Shown in pieces: positions 13,838 through 26,909 of a stretch of DNA of 64,000 nucleotides. This stretch comes from Eledone cirrhosa. Lineage: Eukaryota. The stretch covers positions 189,162,001 to 189,226,000 of the forward strand of contig OZ024741.1 of NCBI GenBank assembly GCA_964016885.1, written 5' to 3'. The position numbers were made by a program, and so were the translations under genes. Positions within the stretch are counted from its first letter, which is position 1. The number at the start of each line of letters is the position of its first letter. The notes under the pieces were generated by a model. The model ran no database searches. It saw nothing but the letters and a program-made list of their open reading frames with translations, and was not told the origin of the DNA.

Positions 13838-14049
13838 GCCTTTAATGATTGACCCACAAGGTCAAGCAAACAAATGGGTGAAGAACTCTGAGAAAAACAA
13901 TTTGGCTGTGATAAAACTGACTGACCCTGATTACATGAGGACTTTGGAGAATTGTATCCAACTTGGGTACCCTTGTCTATTAGAAAATGTTGGTGAAGAA
14001 CTTGACCCATCTCTGGAACCTCTTTTACTGAAGCAAGTCTTTAAACAAG
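13838..14049 (+). CDS. DNAH12: Dynein heavy chain exon (AAA5)
   Basis: ttaacag|G, g|gtgatt; (W)[19 protein letters not shown]...[24 protein letters not shown]; phase 2 in, phase 1 out. Confidence 0.95.
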
Positions 14050-14079
14050 GTGATTATGGTTATCTTTCATTTAATTAAA

Positions 14080-14346
14080 CCAGTCCACACTGTAAAGTGG
14101 TTGTGTAGGTGTCACAACAAAAATCACCCAGTCCACACTGTAAAGTGGTCATGTAGGAGTCACGAAAAAAAGCACCCAGCACCCACTATAAATGTGGTTG
14201 GTTTTAGGAAGCACATCCAGCTGTAGAAATCTAACCAGAAATAGTTCTGTATGAGGAGGATATGGTTACCTGACCCAACTTGCTTCAAATGCGACAACCC
14301 ATCTAACCCATGCTAGCATGGAAGGTGGACGTTAAATGATGATGAT
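14080..14346 (+). mobile_element. RTE 3'-UTR fragment with (GAT)n tail
   Basis: ccacactgtaaagtgg modules...acccatgctagcatggaaggtggacgttaaatgatgatg. Confidence 0.75.
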
Positions 14347-14611
14347 GTTTATAGAACTTGTTAGAAATAACAGCCAAATTTTCCTCTAATCACACCTTAT
14401 TACAATGACAAAGCTTTTATGTCATCATTCGACTTGCTAGAAATAGCAGTCCAATTATACCCTGCTGCCTTTAAAAAAAAACAAGAATACATAGGAAAAT
14501 GTAACCTTGGTTACTCTATGCCTCAAGAAAAAAAAACTGGATGGTCATGACTGGAAGTTCTTTGATCATAGGTTTTCTCAGTTGAGGTTTATATTTGGTT
14601 AAGTAATGGTT

Positions 14612-14820
14612 TCTAATTTAGACACAAGGCAAACAATTTTAGGGGAGAGGAAAGTCAATTAAATCAACCCCAGTTACTGGTACTTTATTTCATCGATCCC
14701 TTAAGGATGAAAGGTAAAGCTAACCTCGGCAGGATTTGAACTCAGACGTAAAGGGCCGCAACTCTATGCCGCTAAGCATGTTGTCTGGCGCTCTACCGAT
14801 TCTACCAATTCACTGCCCTA
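14612..14820 (-). mobile_element. tRNA-derived SINE family 2 (Meta-domain-like)
   Basis: Reverse of gagttcaaatcc.gccgagg..ctttcatcctt..ggg.tcgat..ataaagtaccag..gccttgtg. Confidence 0.75.
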
Positions 14821-16069
14821 TAAATCTTTTGCCTAATAATAACCTTTCTAGAACTAGCAGCTAAATATCACACTGCCATATTAAAAAAGGAAAGGACATA
14901 TAGTAGTAATGACCTAGGTACATTACATTTGAATGAAGAATGGGATGGTCATAGCTAGAATGCCTTTGATTTATGGGGCTTGATGGATCAGAAATAAACT
15001 TTGTTTAGAACTAGCTAGAATAAAACAGCCAAATCTCCCTCAAACTTCACCCTACCAAGGACAGATTTGGTAACATAAAGGAGTGAATGAAAAGCTGGGA
15101 TATTCATGGCTTGAACTTTATTTATTTATCTGCTTTTTCAAACATAGTGTATCTAAGACAACATTATCTATTGTGTCTTTCCTTTTTCAAGACTGTAGAG
15201 TATGAGGTTCAGATGAGACTTGGCTGCTACGCCTTGAAAGTCAAGTGACCATGTAAAGTCTTAATTTGCTGTTAAAGTTGATTTTTATATAGGTTTGTCA
15301 GAAGTGAGGTAGAGCCTATAATCTTTGCAGGTCCTGCTGCTAGAGTTATCTTATAATAATAATGAAATTATTGTGTTCAGTGCTCAGCTGCACTACAACA
15401 AAACTGAAGCATATAAAGGTTGACAGATCTCGAACCTGTGACTTACTGTTCCTTAGTCTAGTGCATTGACCATTGACCCAGAAGTTATGATTCTTGTTGT
15501 TTAGCTCCAGATCAGCTATGACCATCCCAGATTTTTGTATCTCAAGAATTACATTGTCCCTTGTGTCCTTGATTTAAGATTGTATGGTATGATTTGTGTG
15601 GTATTTGGCTGCTATTTCTAGCTGGATGTTGTAGTGGTGATGTTGGTAGTGTAGTTGTGAGTACCCAGTTCAGTGATTGAGAAGGCTTTCTGAGATGATA
15701 TATATGTGTGTGTATAAATACATATATGATATGATATGGTCCTGTAACTCCTGGGGGAGTTATACGTGCGCCATATTGACATACAGCATTTCTAGGGCAT
15801 TTTAATGCTGGTGGAGCCTATCTCCTCTCCAGGTCAGAGTTCATCAGATTTCTTCCAAAGAAAGATAGAATAGAAAGTGAGAGAGAGGAAGCGAGAAAGA
15901 GATATAGAGGAAGAATCAACTCCAGTACTTGAAAGGATGAAAGGCAAAGATGACCTCAGTAGGATTTGAATTCAGAGAGCAGAGAGCCAAAATAAATACT
16001 GAAAAGCATTCTATCTGACATTCTAGCAACTCTGCCAATTCACCACCTTAAATACATATATATATATAC

Positions 16070-17012
16070 GACCACAGGAAACAAGTACCACCAAACTCTG
16101 GGAGGGCTCTGTAGAAACAGTAGATAGCTTCTGCTACCTAGGTGACCGAATTAGCAGCTGAGGTGGGTGTTCAGAGAGTACAATAACTAGGGTAAGAACG
16201 GGATGGAAGAAGTTCAGGGAGCTACTGCCACTGCTAGCTGCAAAAGGCTTTTCCCTCAAAATGAAAGGCAGACTGTATGATGCGTGTATACGAACAGCAA
16301 TGTTACATGGTAGTGAGACCTGGGCGCTGTCTGTGGAAGGTTTGCATAGATTAGAAAGAAACGAAGCCTGCATACTCCGATGGATGTGTAATAGTAATAT
16401 ACGAGAATAACAAAACATTACAAATTGAGAGAGAGACTGAGCATAAGTGGAATCAAATGCTGTGTGCAGGAGAGGCGGTTACATTGGTATGGACATGTGA
16501 TGCGTATGAAGGATGACAGCTGCATAAAAAGGTGCAGAGCACTAGAAGTCGAAGGAAGCCGTGGAATGGGGAGACCCAGAAGACCTGGGATGAGGTGATA
16601 AAGGCCGACCTTACCCAATTGCACCTCTCAAAAGCAATGGCACACGACCGTGACCTCTGGCGTCATGCAGTAACACAGAAGACCCGACCCCCACAGGAAC
16701 AAGCCGAAGCTGAAGCATATAGACAATATGCCCCCACACCCTCCTACTGCAAAGTGGTCATGGAGGTGCCATGGCAAAAAAGCACCCAGCCCACACTGTA
16801 AAGTGGACATGTAGGCGCCACGGAAAAAAGCACCCAGCACTTACTGTAAATGAGGTTGGTGTTAGGAAGGGCATCCAGCTGTAGAAATCAAGCCAGAATC
16901 AGTTTCTGTATAAGCAAGACAAGGTCAGCCAACTGGACACTGTTCACAACAGGACAACCCATGCTAGTGTGGAAGAACGGACGTAAAACGATGATGATGA
17001 TGATGATGATGA
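16070..17012 (+). mobile_element. RTE LINE 3' fragment
   Basis: SFCYLGD, MLHGSETW, WYGHVMRM; 3'UTR and (GAT)n tail; related to 50152-53693. Confidence 0.9.
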
Positions 17013-17083
17013 TATTGGTATAAATATCTTCCGAACTGTACTGTATAATATATAAATAAAGCATAATTTTCAGAAGTAATTAA

Positions 17084-17291
17084 CACTTTAGCATTTCAAC
17101 CAGCCATATCCAGTCAGAATTCTCTCACCTCTTTCTGTTCAAACTGACTGTAACTTGCCACTCATACTGATGTTCAGGTATTGTTCTCAAAATAAATAAT
17201 ATCAAAATTTCATAGATTCAATATTATGTGAGGTAAAGCCTTTACCACAACAATACGATAATATATATACAGTAATGTAAATGCTAAAGGG
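17084..17291 (+). mobile_element. piggyBac-type MITE
   Basis: TTAA|cactttagcattt ... aatgctaaaggg|TTAA. Confidence 0.7.
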
Positions 17292-17474
17292 TTAAACACT
17301 GTTTATTACTTGGATAAAACATATAATAATAAAATATTGTTTATAATTTGAATTTGGGGTTTTTGTCCTTAACAGGACTTAACAAGATGGAATGTTAGTT
17401 GTTGTTAAAAAGGCAATCAATCTGGAAGTTCCTTATGTGTATTTTTGCAACTCTTTAACCCTTTGGCATTTACA

Positions 17475-18563
17475 TTAATCACGGTTCTAGGACAGCATTC
17501 CTCACCATATGAGATGTCATCTGGTGTACCACAGGGATCTGTTCTTGGTCCTCTTTTGTTTGTGGCATATATTAATGATATAGATGCCAACTTAAAGAAT
17601 GCCACAGTACTGGAATATGCAGATGACATCAAGCTGTACCTTGAGATAAAAGGACAGATCCTGAACACTATAGATCTTTCCTGCAATCAGACCTGGACAC
17701 AATGCAGCAATGGATCATGGACTGGCAACTCAAGTTGGCTGTGGACAAGTGTACCACTATGCATTTTGGGAGTAAAAACCCAGCATCCATATACTCCCTC
17801 CACAACACTAATATCAAGAAGTCTTCTTGTGAACGTGACCTGGGCATTACGGTCAGCAGCGATTTGCGTTGGACGAAGCACGTCTCTAAAATTGTCAAGA
17901 TGGTCGAGGGTGTTTTAGCATCACTCAGCAAGACCTTTGTCAGCCACTTTCCAGCTATCTATTTAAAGCTATATATAGCTATAGCGCGGCCACACTTAGA
18001 ATTTGCATCACCAGTCTGGAACCCCTATCTTACTCAGAACATGACCACCTGGAAACTGTTCAGAGATGTGCAACCAAGTGAATACCCTCCCTCAGGCATC
18101 TACCATATTCTGAACGCCTTGCTTCTCTGGGCATGGATACATTGAAGCTCCGACGTTTGGCAACTGACTTGGTAAACACTCACATAATATTATCCATCTT
18201 GCCAACAACAACTCTGAGTACCTTTTTGATTTCCATGTGTCTAACGCATGTGGGCATGCCAACAAAGTCAGAAAACAGCACAGCTCCCATCACTTTTGGA
18301 AACATTTTTCCACGCTCAGAGTTGCTGAAGCATGGAACAAACTACCTGCATCAGTTATTAGCTGTCGAGACACTGCATCCTTTAAAACCTCTATGCTTCC
18401 TGAGATTCGCCAACACTATACCTGATATACCCCCTCCATACACATGCACACATGTATTTCAAGACTTGTACAGTTCATTTTCCTGACATTTGTACATTAT
18501 TCTATGTACTATACATACATCTTTGATGAGTTGTAGTGCGCCTGAGCACTGTACACAATAATT

Positions 18564-18596
<33 letters not shown>
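17475..18596 (+). mobile_element. CR1-type LINE, 5'-truncated and frameshifted
   Basis: SGVPQGSVLGPLLF.AYINDI, YADDIKLY, ERDLGI, RPHLEFASPVWNP, RVAEAWNKLP; (ATT)n tail. Confidence 0.9.
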
Positions 18597-18597
<1 letters not shown>

Positions 18598-18798
18598 TCT
18601 ATATTTACTATTGTATTTTCACGGTAAAGACTTTACCTCACATAATTATCTCACATAATATCGAAGCTATGAGATTTTGATATTGTTTATTTTGAGAACA
18701 ATACCTTATAATCTGTATGAGTAGCCAATTACAGCTGGTTTGAACAGAAAGAGGTGAGAGAATTCTGACCGGATGTGGCTGGTTTAAATGCTAAAGTA
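18597..18798 (-). mobile_element. piggyBac-type MITE (inverted copy, one end lost)
   Basis: Reverse complement of 17084-17291 ending aaatgctaaagta|TTAA. Confidence 0.65.
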
Positions 18799-18849
18799 TT
18801 AAGTGGAGCTGTTATGGTTTAGTTTTGAAATGAATTTCTTGCCAGTACT

Positions 18850-19615
18850 TTGGATTACCTCTAGATCATTTATAAAAAGGGAATATTTTGAATTAACTGT
18901 TCCCATAAATTTCTAAATGTTCACTCAGTAAAATTTTCCTTAGTTTCAGTTTTTGTATCTGTCGCTTGATTTTTGTGCATTTTAATATGGTTGGTAGGTT
19001 TGCCTTATGGATGGCAATATGTTTGGTACTCCTGGAGCATAAGTGTTGATAAACAGAATATCTTCCTAAACTATTTGTCTAGGAGTCACTAAGTTTAGAT
19101 ATTCATTTCCTTTTCCTATTTAATTCCATTGTCTATTAAATTCTAATGATTTTTGTTGTCTATCAAGAAAAATTTGCTGCAATTCTAGGTCAACCGCTAT
19201 TGTGCATATACTTCTTGCTATGCAGTATGTGATGTGCCATTTGGTGTGTGAGAGGTGGCATGAATAAAAGTTCAAATATTAGTGTGTCTGCCTTTTGTTT
19301 TTTATATGATTGTTGTTATATAAACTTATGAAGATGCTCTACAATGGTAATTCATTCTCACTGGATTCTATTGTGAATCTAATGAATGGATGGGAAGCAT
19401 TTAAAATGTTGTGAAATGTTTGTAGTTCACTTTTTTATTTGTTCCCAAAAAATAAGCAGTCATTGAGAAAGCGTTTTCACTTCTCAATAATGTATTCTTT
19501 GAAATGTTGGTCAAACATCATTTATACTTCATATCCACATTCCTTTTGTTTGACTATATGTTTTTCCATCAAAATTAAATGTTTTCTTCTAATATTATGT
19601 GTAGAACTTAGATGA
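18850..19615 (-). mobile_element. Decayed Penelope-like RT fragment
   Basis: - strand near 19190-19290 reads YLNFYSCHLSHTKWHITYCIARSICTIAVD, matching the Penelope RT C-terminal YLxFxSCHPxHTKxxIPYxxARRICTIV motif. Confidence 0.65.
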
Positions 19616-19630
19616 TGAAATCTCTTTTAA

Positions 19631-19852
19631 CCCTTTTAGTATTTAAACTGGCCATATCCAGCCAGAATTCTCTCATCTCTTTCTGTTCAAACTGGCCATA
19701 ACTGGCCACTCATACTAACATTAAGGTATTGTTCTCAAAATAAATAATAACATCAACAAAATCTCGTAGATTCCATATTATGTGAGACTATTATGTGATA
19801 TAAAGCATTTACTATGGAAATATAACAATGGTGTAATGTAAATGATAAAGGG
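19631..19852 (+). mobile_element. piggyBac-type MITE
   Basis: TTAA|cccttttagtattt ... aaatgataaaggg|TTAA. Confidence 0.75.
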
Positions 19853-20402
19853 TTAAAACATTCATTTACTATGTCTCTATGTTTTTCTTCTCAGTATTTG
19901 TTTGCTTTTAGGCCTAATGGATGTGGTATGTTAGTGTAAAGATTTGTTAGATGGAAACTTGTCAAAGCACTGTCCCCAGAGACATTTGATGGAACATAAT
20001 TAAGGAAATTCATATCACTTCATATGTAACTCATTCTGGGGTTGATAAAATAACACACCAGTTAAGCACCAAGGCTGATATAATCGACTTTGCCCTCCCC
20101 ACAAAATTAGAAACGATTATATAGTATTGGAGAAAATGGATACTCATGACATGATTATCATGATTATTTCTAATTTGATTTTAATGTCACTGGCATGAAA
20201 TGTGTTAATATTAACTTAAATATTGAATTTTATAACAATCGTGTCAATATTATCTGTGAAAATGTATGTCTCCCAGAATCAACAAATGTACAATCTAGAA
20301 CATTTGCTTCATGATTTGTTCACTACTCAGAGTTATGAGGCTCTGAAATTATGAATCAGAAAATTCAATATTGCAAGACATTTTTATATCTTTATAACGT
20401 GC

Positions 20403-20629
<227 letters not shown>

Positions 20630-21149
20630 TATATATTTGTGTATGTATGTGTGTGTATCGTTTTAGCAACAAAAAATATTTATTAGTTCTGACATTCTTG
20701 CTGGAAGCATATAAAGTAATTATTCTATGGATATCAAGATATAAATGTGTTATTACATACATACATGAATGTGTGTGTCTGTGTGTGTGTGTGCGTGTGC
20801 GTGCGTATGTGTGTGTGCGTATGTGTGTGTGTGTAAGCTCAGTGTGGAAGGTTGCAAAATGAATACCCACTATCATAGTTGTGATTAATATTTTCTTAAT
20901 TAAGGTCAAACTTGAGCCTTGTTACTAGAGTTTCTCTTATGTATTCACAGGGTTGTCAGACTAGACTGTCTAATGACGCTGTCAGTACACAGTTGGAACT
21001 TCAGAGTAACAAAGACTCAAAGTTGGCCTTGTCAAAGAAAAAAAATGTATATGTATAAATATATCAAAAGTATATATTATGTTAGAAACTCAAAATAGTC
21101 TCTTACAATTAAATAACTCAAGCAAAATAATTTTTCCGGGCTGTGTAAT

Positions 21150-21595
21150 ATAATTGAATATAAAAGAGAGATAAACACAGATATATACATATATGTGTTC
21201 AAATCATAAGGGACCAGATTTGCTAGGGTGAAAAAAATACTAACTATGAACAATAGGGTTTCCAGACTCAAAAATACAACTGAAATTGATTGTGACAACT
21301 ATCAAACACCCAGACAGCTTTTGGAAATGCTGTTTTGCAATTTAGTGAAAGGGAATTACCAATTCTATTGCTCTTCAGTGGGTGTGGAATTAGTAAACCC
21401 TTCACTGAAGGGTTTACTAATAGTTGTCACAATTTGGGTTTGTATTTTTTTTTCCTAATTAATTCTTTTAAATTGAGTCTGGCAAATCCTATTCATAGTT
21501 AGTATTTTTTTCACCCTAGCGAATCTGATCCTTTATGATTTGAACACATACATGTATGTATCTGTGTTTATCTCTCTTTTATATTCAATTATATG
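21150..21595. repeat. Fold-back element (imperfect inverted repeat, about 150 bp arms)
   Basis: ataattgaatataaaagagagataaacacagat... mirrored by ...atctgtgtttatctctcttttatattcaattat. Confidence 0.85.
21306..21385 (-). ncRNA. Type I hammerhead ribozyme with G12A lesion
   Basis: - strand: acaccca-CTGAAGA-gcaat...attgc-AAAA-cagc(atttccaaaa)gctg-TC-tgggtgt; all three helices pair. Confidence 0.7.
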
Positions 21596-22158
21596 TATAA
21601 ATATATCTATGTATGTATGTAAAGTCCAGTAACTCCTGATAGAGTCGTAGGGGCGCTGTATTGACACAGAGCATTTCTTGGGCATTTTTAAGCCTGGCAG
21701 AGCCCATCCTCTCCAGGTCAATCACATGTATACACACATATATCATCAGCTTTATGTTCCCTTCTCTATGCTGGCATAGGTTGAGCAAGACCACACACAA
21801 ACATTTATAATTATACTCACATGTATATATTTTTATATATAAATAATTATAATTGAATATTTAGACTATAAGAGTTAAGTTTGAATAATCAATAAAAAAT
21901 GTTGTATCTAGCTAGCTAGACAGACAGACAGTGGTATAGATGGAGAAAAGGTTGGATAGATAAGTGATACATACATTGACAGCATGATAAACAGAGAGGT
22001 GGATATTGGTAACTAACAACTCTAAATCTATTAAGCTAGTTAAGCATCTACTATTTGCTTGTATGTCTCTCTCTCTTTATAAGAATATATATATGTGTGT
22101 CTGTCGAGTTCAATTGGGGGTGACCACAGTAAGTAAGGTACTCAATACAAAGCAGAGT

Positions 22159-22302
22159 ATATATAATATTTAATATAGAAATAGCTTCTACAGGACTAGA
22201 ATTGTTTCATTTGAAGGAAATTATCAGGAAGTCCTAATGATTTCCTTTGAATGAAACAGTTCTAGTCCTGTAGAAGCCCTTTCTATATTAAATATTATAT
22301 AT
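22159..22302. repeat. Fold-back element with two degenerate hammerhead cores
   Basis: - 22185-22231 cttc-CTGATAA-..-GAAA-caa..ctg-TA-gaag; + 22234-22276 CTAATGA-..-GAAA-cag..ctg-TA-gaag. Confidence 0.7.
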
Positions 22303-22689
22303 TTATATGTATATATATATATGTATATCTATATATCTATATATACATATCTATATATACACAGTTCAAGAGTAACCAATTTTTTAATTTTTTAATTGAG
22401 AAACAATTAAAAAAATTTTAAATTAGCACTTAACTATAAACACTCACAATTTCTAATCTCTCGAGAAGTTACTTCCCCTGAAACCACCCTCTAATTAGTA
22501 AGGTAAATATGCCCTTTGGCAGCCATATTGTTACCCATAGGCAGATCTCACACAATGCAGCCTCAACAGATGAATACTGCTTGATTATGGCTGACAAATC
22601 ATGCAACCAAGACACCATAGTGAAAACTAATATATGGAACACTATATTATGTAACATTATCCCATTATTTTAATTTATATTCCTTTGAA

Positions 22690-22809
22690 GTTCCGATGAG
22701 CCACTCTGTTTTTTAAATATGTTAATTATTTTCAACTGAACAAGATCAATTATGATATATAATCATCTGATCCAGAAATATTATATGGAGTAGTGAAACA
22801 ATTGTAAAC
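22690..22809 (+). ncRNA. Minimal hammerhead-like motif with long helix II
   Basis: gtt-CCGATGA-gccactctgt...atggagtagt-GAAA-caattg-TA-aac; palindromic loop III. Confidence 0.55.
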
Positions 22810-22951
22810 GGACATTATTATTATTAATATTAATATTATTATTATTATTCTCTACATTCCTTACATCAAACTAAAATATGTTGACAATCTTTTAATAATG
22901 TCTTCCTTGTGAAGTTTGTGGCCTTGTTTTCCTTAACTAATGAATATATCT

Positions 22952-23017
<66 letters not shown>

Positions 23018-23151
23018 ATATATACTTGATTATATGCCGAGGAATATGTAACTCAAATATCGATGTTAGAAGAGGGTTGGCTTATATTCGAGTATATATG
23101 GTATATATAAGTGTATATGTGTGCACACCCACACACATTATATATATATAT

Positions 23152-23450
23152 GGAGGCACATGGCTTAGTGGTTAGAGCATTGGCCTTGCAATCGAAAGGT
23201 TGTGAGTTCAATTCCCAGACCGGGTGATGTGTTGTTTCCTTGAGCAAGACACTTTATTTCACATTGCTCCAGTTTACTCAGTTGTAAAGTGGACGTGTAG
23301 GCGCCACGGAAAAAAGCACCCAGCACTCACTGTAAATGAGGTTGGTGTTAGGAAGGGCATCCAGCTGTAGAAATCAAGCTAGAATCAGTTACCGTCCCAT
23401 CCTTGCAAGCAGGGAAAAGCGGACGTAAAATGATGATGATGATGATGATG
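23152..23450 (+). mobile_element. tRNA-derived CORE-like SINE with RTE-derived tail
   Basis: ggaggcacatggcttagtggttagagc (A box)...gagttcaattccc (B box)...ccttgagcaagacactt...cttgcaagcagggaaaagcggacgtaaaatgatgatg. Confidence 0.9.
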
Positions 23451-24009
23451 GTATATATATGTGTGTGTGTGTATATGTAATTAATATGCAAAGAACATCT
23501 AGAAACCTGATGTATCTATTTTATCGTTCTTAATAAGAAAAAAATATTATATTTCTTGTTAATAATTTTGTTTTTTAAATTTAATAGCTCTTTCAACTTT
23601 ATTATTGGAGACATGTCAAATCTCCTCCTTTTTAAAACTAAACCTAACAACAAATGCCTTGCAGGTCAAGATAACAAATGTCATGCAGAATTGATCTAAA
23701 AATCAGCATAAAAATATATCTCTAAAATTTGTAGTTACAATGACAATGGACATGTTTTAAAATTAACAATTGCTAGAATCTGTTTAGAAATGTATTAAAT
23801 TCTTTTACTTAACTCTTTCATGGATTGATTCTACCCTATAAGTAAATGCTTGTATTTATCATCATCATCAATTTTATGTCCATGTTTCAATGCTGGCATG
23901 GATTAGATGGCACTTTTGAGGCAATATTTTACACCCGGTTGCTCTTCTTGACACTACCTCTCTTTGACATTTCTTATGGCACACAGAGATATGATGTACC
24001 TATTCTAAA

Positions 24010-24745
24010 CCAGAGACACATAAGCACAAGCCGAAGCATATATACAGTATGCCCCAATCCAACCCACCCATACACCTCCAGGAGGACAGGCAAAAGTAAA
24101 TGCATCCAGTGAAGCCTCCCCCAACCCACACTATAAAGTGGTCATGTAGGCGTCATGACAAAAAGCACCCAGTACTGGCTGTAAATTGAGGTTGACGTTA
24201 GGAAGGGCATTCAGCTGCAGAAACTAAGCCAGAACCAGTACGGTATGAGCATGACATGGTCACCTGACCTAAGATTGCCCACAACAGGACAACCCATCTA
24301 ACTCATGCTAACATACAAAATGGATGTAAGACAGAGGTGATGATATGTGTATATACACACAAATATGTATATACAGACCATGTATGTTTATATGTATATA
24401 TATATACACACCATATGTGTATATGTATATATATATATATGTGTGTGTGTATGTTATGTTGGTTCCACAAAACTTCCACTGTAAAATGGTCGAGTAGGTG
24501 TTACACCAAAAAACATCCAGCCCACACTGTAAAGTGGTCGTGTAGGTGTCACGACAAAAAGCACCCAGCACTCACTTTAAATGTGGTTAGCGCTAGGAGG
24601 GCATCCAGCTATAGTGAACCAGCCAGAAACAGTCCTATATGAGTGAGACACAGTCACCAGACCCAACTTGCCTCTAAATGGGACAAATCTGTCTAACCCA
24701 TGCTAGCGTGGAGGATGGACGTTAAACGATGATGGTGAGGATGAA
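24010..24745 (+). mobile_element. Two RTE 3'-UTR fragments
   Basis: cacactgtaaagtgg modules, taggaagggcatccagct-like segments, acccatgctag..ggacgttaaacgatgatg. Confidence 0.7.
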
Positions 24746-24816
24746 TGACCCTGTGAAACTCCAGAGTAACAAAACTCACTATTTATGATTAATAAAATAA
24801 ATATATATATTTGTGT

Positions 24817-25193
24817 GGAGGCACATGGCTTAGTGGTTAGAGTATTGGGCTTGCAATCGAAAGGTTGTGAGTTCAATTCTCAGACCGGGTGATGTGTTGT
24901 ATCCTTCAGCAAGACACTTTATTTCACATTGCTCCAGTTTTCTCAGCTGTAGAAATGAGATGACAGGGACTGGGGTCCCTATCATTCCACTGCAAAGTGG
25001 TCATGGAGGTGCCACGGCAAAAAAGCACCCAGCCCACACTGTAAAGTGGACGTGTAGGTGCCTGGAAAAAAAGCACCCATTACTCACTGTAAATGAGGTT
25101 CATGTTAGGAAGGGCATCAAGCTGTAGAAATCAAGCCAGAATCAGTTCCCGTCCCACCCTTGCAAACAGGAAAAAGCGGACGTAAAATGATGA
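24817..25193 (+). mobile_element. tRNA-derived CORE-like SINE with RTE-derived tail (fullest copy)
   Basis: A/B boxes, CORE-like segment, RTE 3'UTR modules, ccgtcccacccttgcaaacaggaaaaagcggacgtaaaatgatgat. Confidence 0.9.
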
Positions 25194-25219
25194 TATATTA
25201 TACAGAGAGAGAGAGAGTT

Positions 25220-25333
25220 AGTTAGTTCCACAACAAATTAGCAAACCATACTCGAGAATGCACGTTTTGCTGAACGAATTGGGTGAAACGCGTGTCCTTG
25301 AGTACAGTTTGCTAATTTGTTGTGGAACTAACT
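25220..25333. repeat. Short fold-back containing hammerhead 3' half
   Basis: agttagttccacaacaaattagcaaac.../...gtttgctaatttgttgtggaactaact; GAAAcgcgtgTC at 25285-25296. Confidence 0.7.
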
Positions 25334-25339
25334 CTAAAC

Positions 25340-26433
25340 CAAACTTGACCTATGACCTGAGTGGTCTACTTCCCTCAGATATAACCTCCTGATCCCCTCA
25401 GGGAAATGGCCTTGCTCAGTATGTAGGAAAGGTGTAGGTCGGAACTCCATCCTCTGCCCCAAATGCAAACAATGGGCACACAAGAGATGTAGTGGGATCT
25501 CGGGAAGCTTAACTAAGACTGTAGGCTTCACATGTAGCAGCTGCGCTGGGACAGCAAGCAGCAAACAGCCACAGGAAACAAGCACCACCAAACTCTGGGA
25601 GGGCTCTGTAGAAACAGTAGACAGCTTCTGTTACCTAGGTGACCGAATTAGCAGCGGAGGTGGGTGTTCAGAAAGTACAATAACTAGGATGGAAGAAGCT
25701 CAGGGAAAAGGCATCTCCCTCAAAATGAAAGGCAGACAGTTTGATGCGTGTATACGAACAGCAAAGTTACATGGTAGTGAGACCTGGGCGCTGTCTATAG
25801 AAGACTTGCATAGATTAGAAAGAAACGAAGCTTGCATGCTCCGATGGATGTGTAATAGTAATATACACGAACGGCAAATCATAAACGAATTGAGAGAGAG
25901 ACTGAGCATAAGTGGAATCAAATGCTGTGTGCAGTAGAGGAGGTTGCGTTGCTATGAATATGTGATGCGTATGAAAGATGACAGCAGCATAAAAAGGTGC
26001 AGAGCACTAGAAGTCGATGGAAGCCACGGAGTGGAGAGACCCACGAAGACCTGGGATGAGGTGATAAAAGCCAACCTTACCCAATTGCACCTCTCAAAGG
26101 TGATGACACATGGCCGTGACTTCTGGTGTCACTCAGTAACACAGAAAACCCGACCCCCCCCACGGGAACAAACCGAAGCTGAAGTATATAGACAATATGC
26201 CCCCACACCCCTCCCACTGAAAAGTGGTCGTGTAGGCGCCACGGAAAAAAAGCACCCAGTACTCACTGTAAATGAGGGTGTTAGGAAGGGAATCCAGCTG
26301 TAGAAATCAAGCCAGAATCAGTTCCCTTATGAGCAAGACATGGTCAGTCGACCGGGCACTGCCCACAACAGGGCAACCCATCTAACCCATGCTAGCGTGT
26401 AAGAATGGATGTAAAACGGTGATGATGATGATG
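25340..26433 (+). mobile_element. RTE LINE 3' fragment including Cys-rich finger
   Basis: GKWPCSVCRKGVGRNSILCPKCKQWAHKRCSG, HGSETW; (GAT)n tail. Confidence 0.9.
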
Positions 26434-26466
<33 letters not shown>

Positions 26467-26909
26467 CACACATCTTCTGGTGAATTAGATAGAAAATCGG
26501 TTAATGTTTATCACTTTTTCGATTTATAGGGAAATGTATATTTTCTGGCATGTTTACATACCTACATATTATATATCTGTATATATTTATATACGTTGGT
26601 GCAGTCTTGGTTACATACTCTGTATATATACAGATATAACTTTATCATAAACTTCGACTGCTAGTGCACTTCTTACTACACGTGTATGTATATGTATAAA
26701 TATATATATATATATATTAGAAATTAATTTAACAATGAAAATAATAACAACAAAGTCAAGTTATTTTACCTATTCATATCATTGTTTTACGATCATTTTG
26801 GAGTGTTGATCATGTTGACTGATCTATAGCAGTTATATAACCGTATAGGGCAGACCACATTGTAAATATATATATGTATACTATTATGAATTTACTAGTT
26901 ACTAGTATA

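Noticed and set aside
23152-23225. Functional tRNA genes at SINE heads
   Set aside because: A/B boxes run directly into CORE or Meta-like SINE bodies, with no intact acceptor stem or Pol III terminator.
26477-26506. Hammerhead candidate CTGGTGA..GAAAatcggtTA
   Set aside because: No helix II pairing and altered core; plausible by chance.
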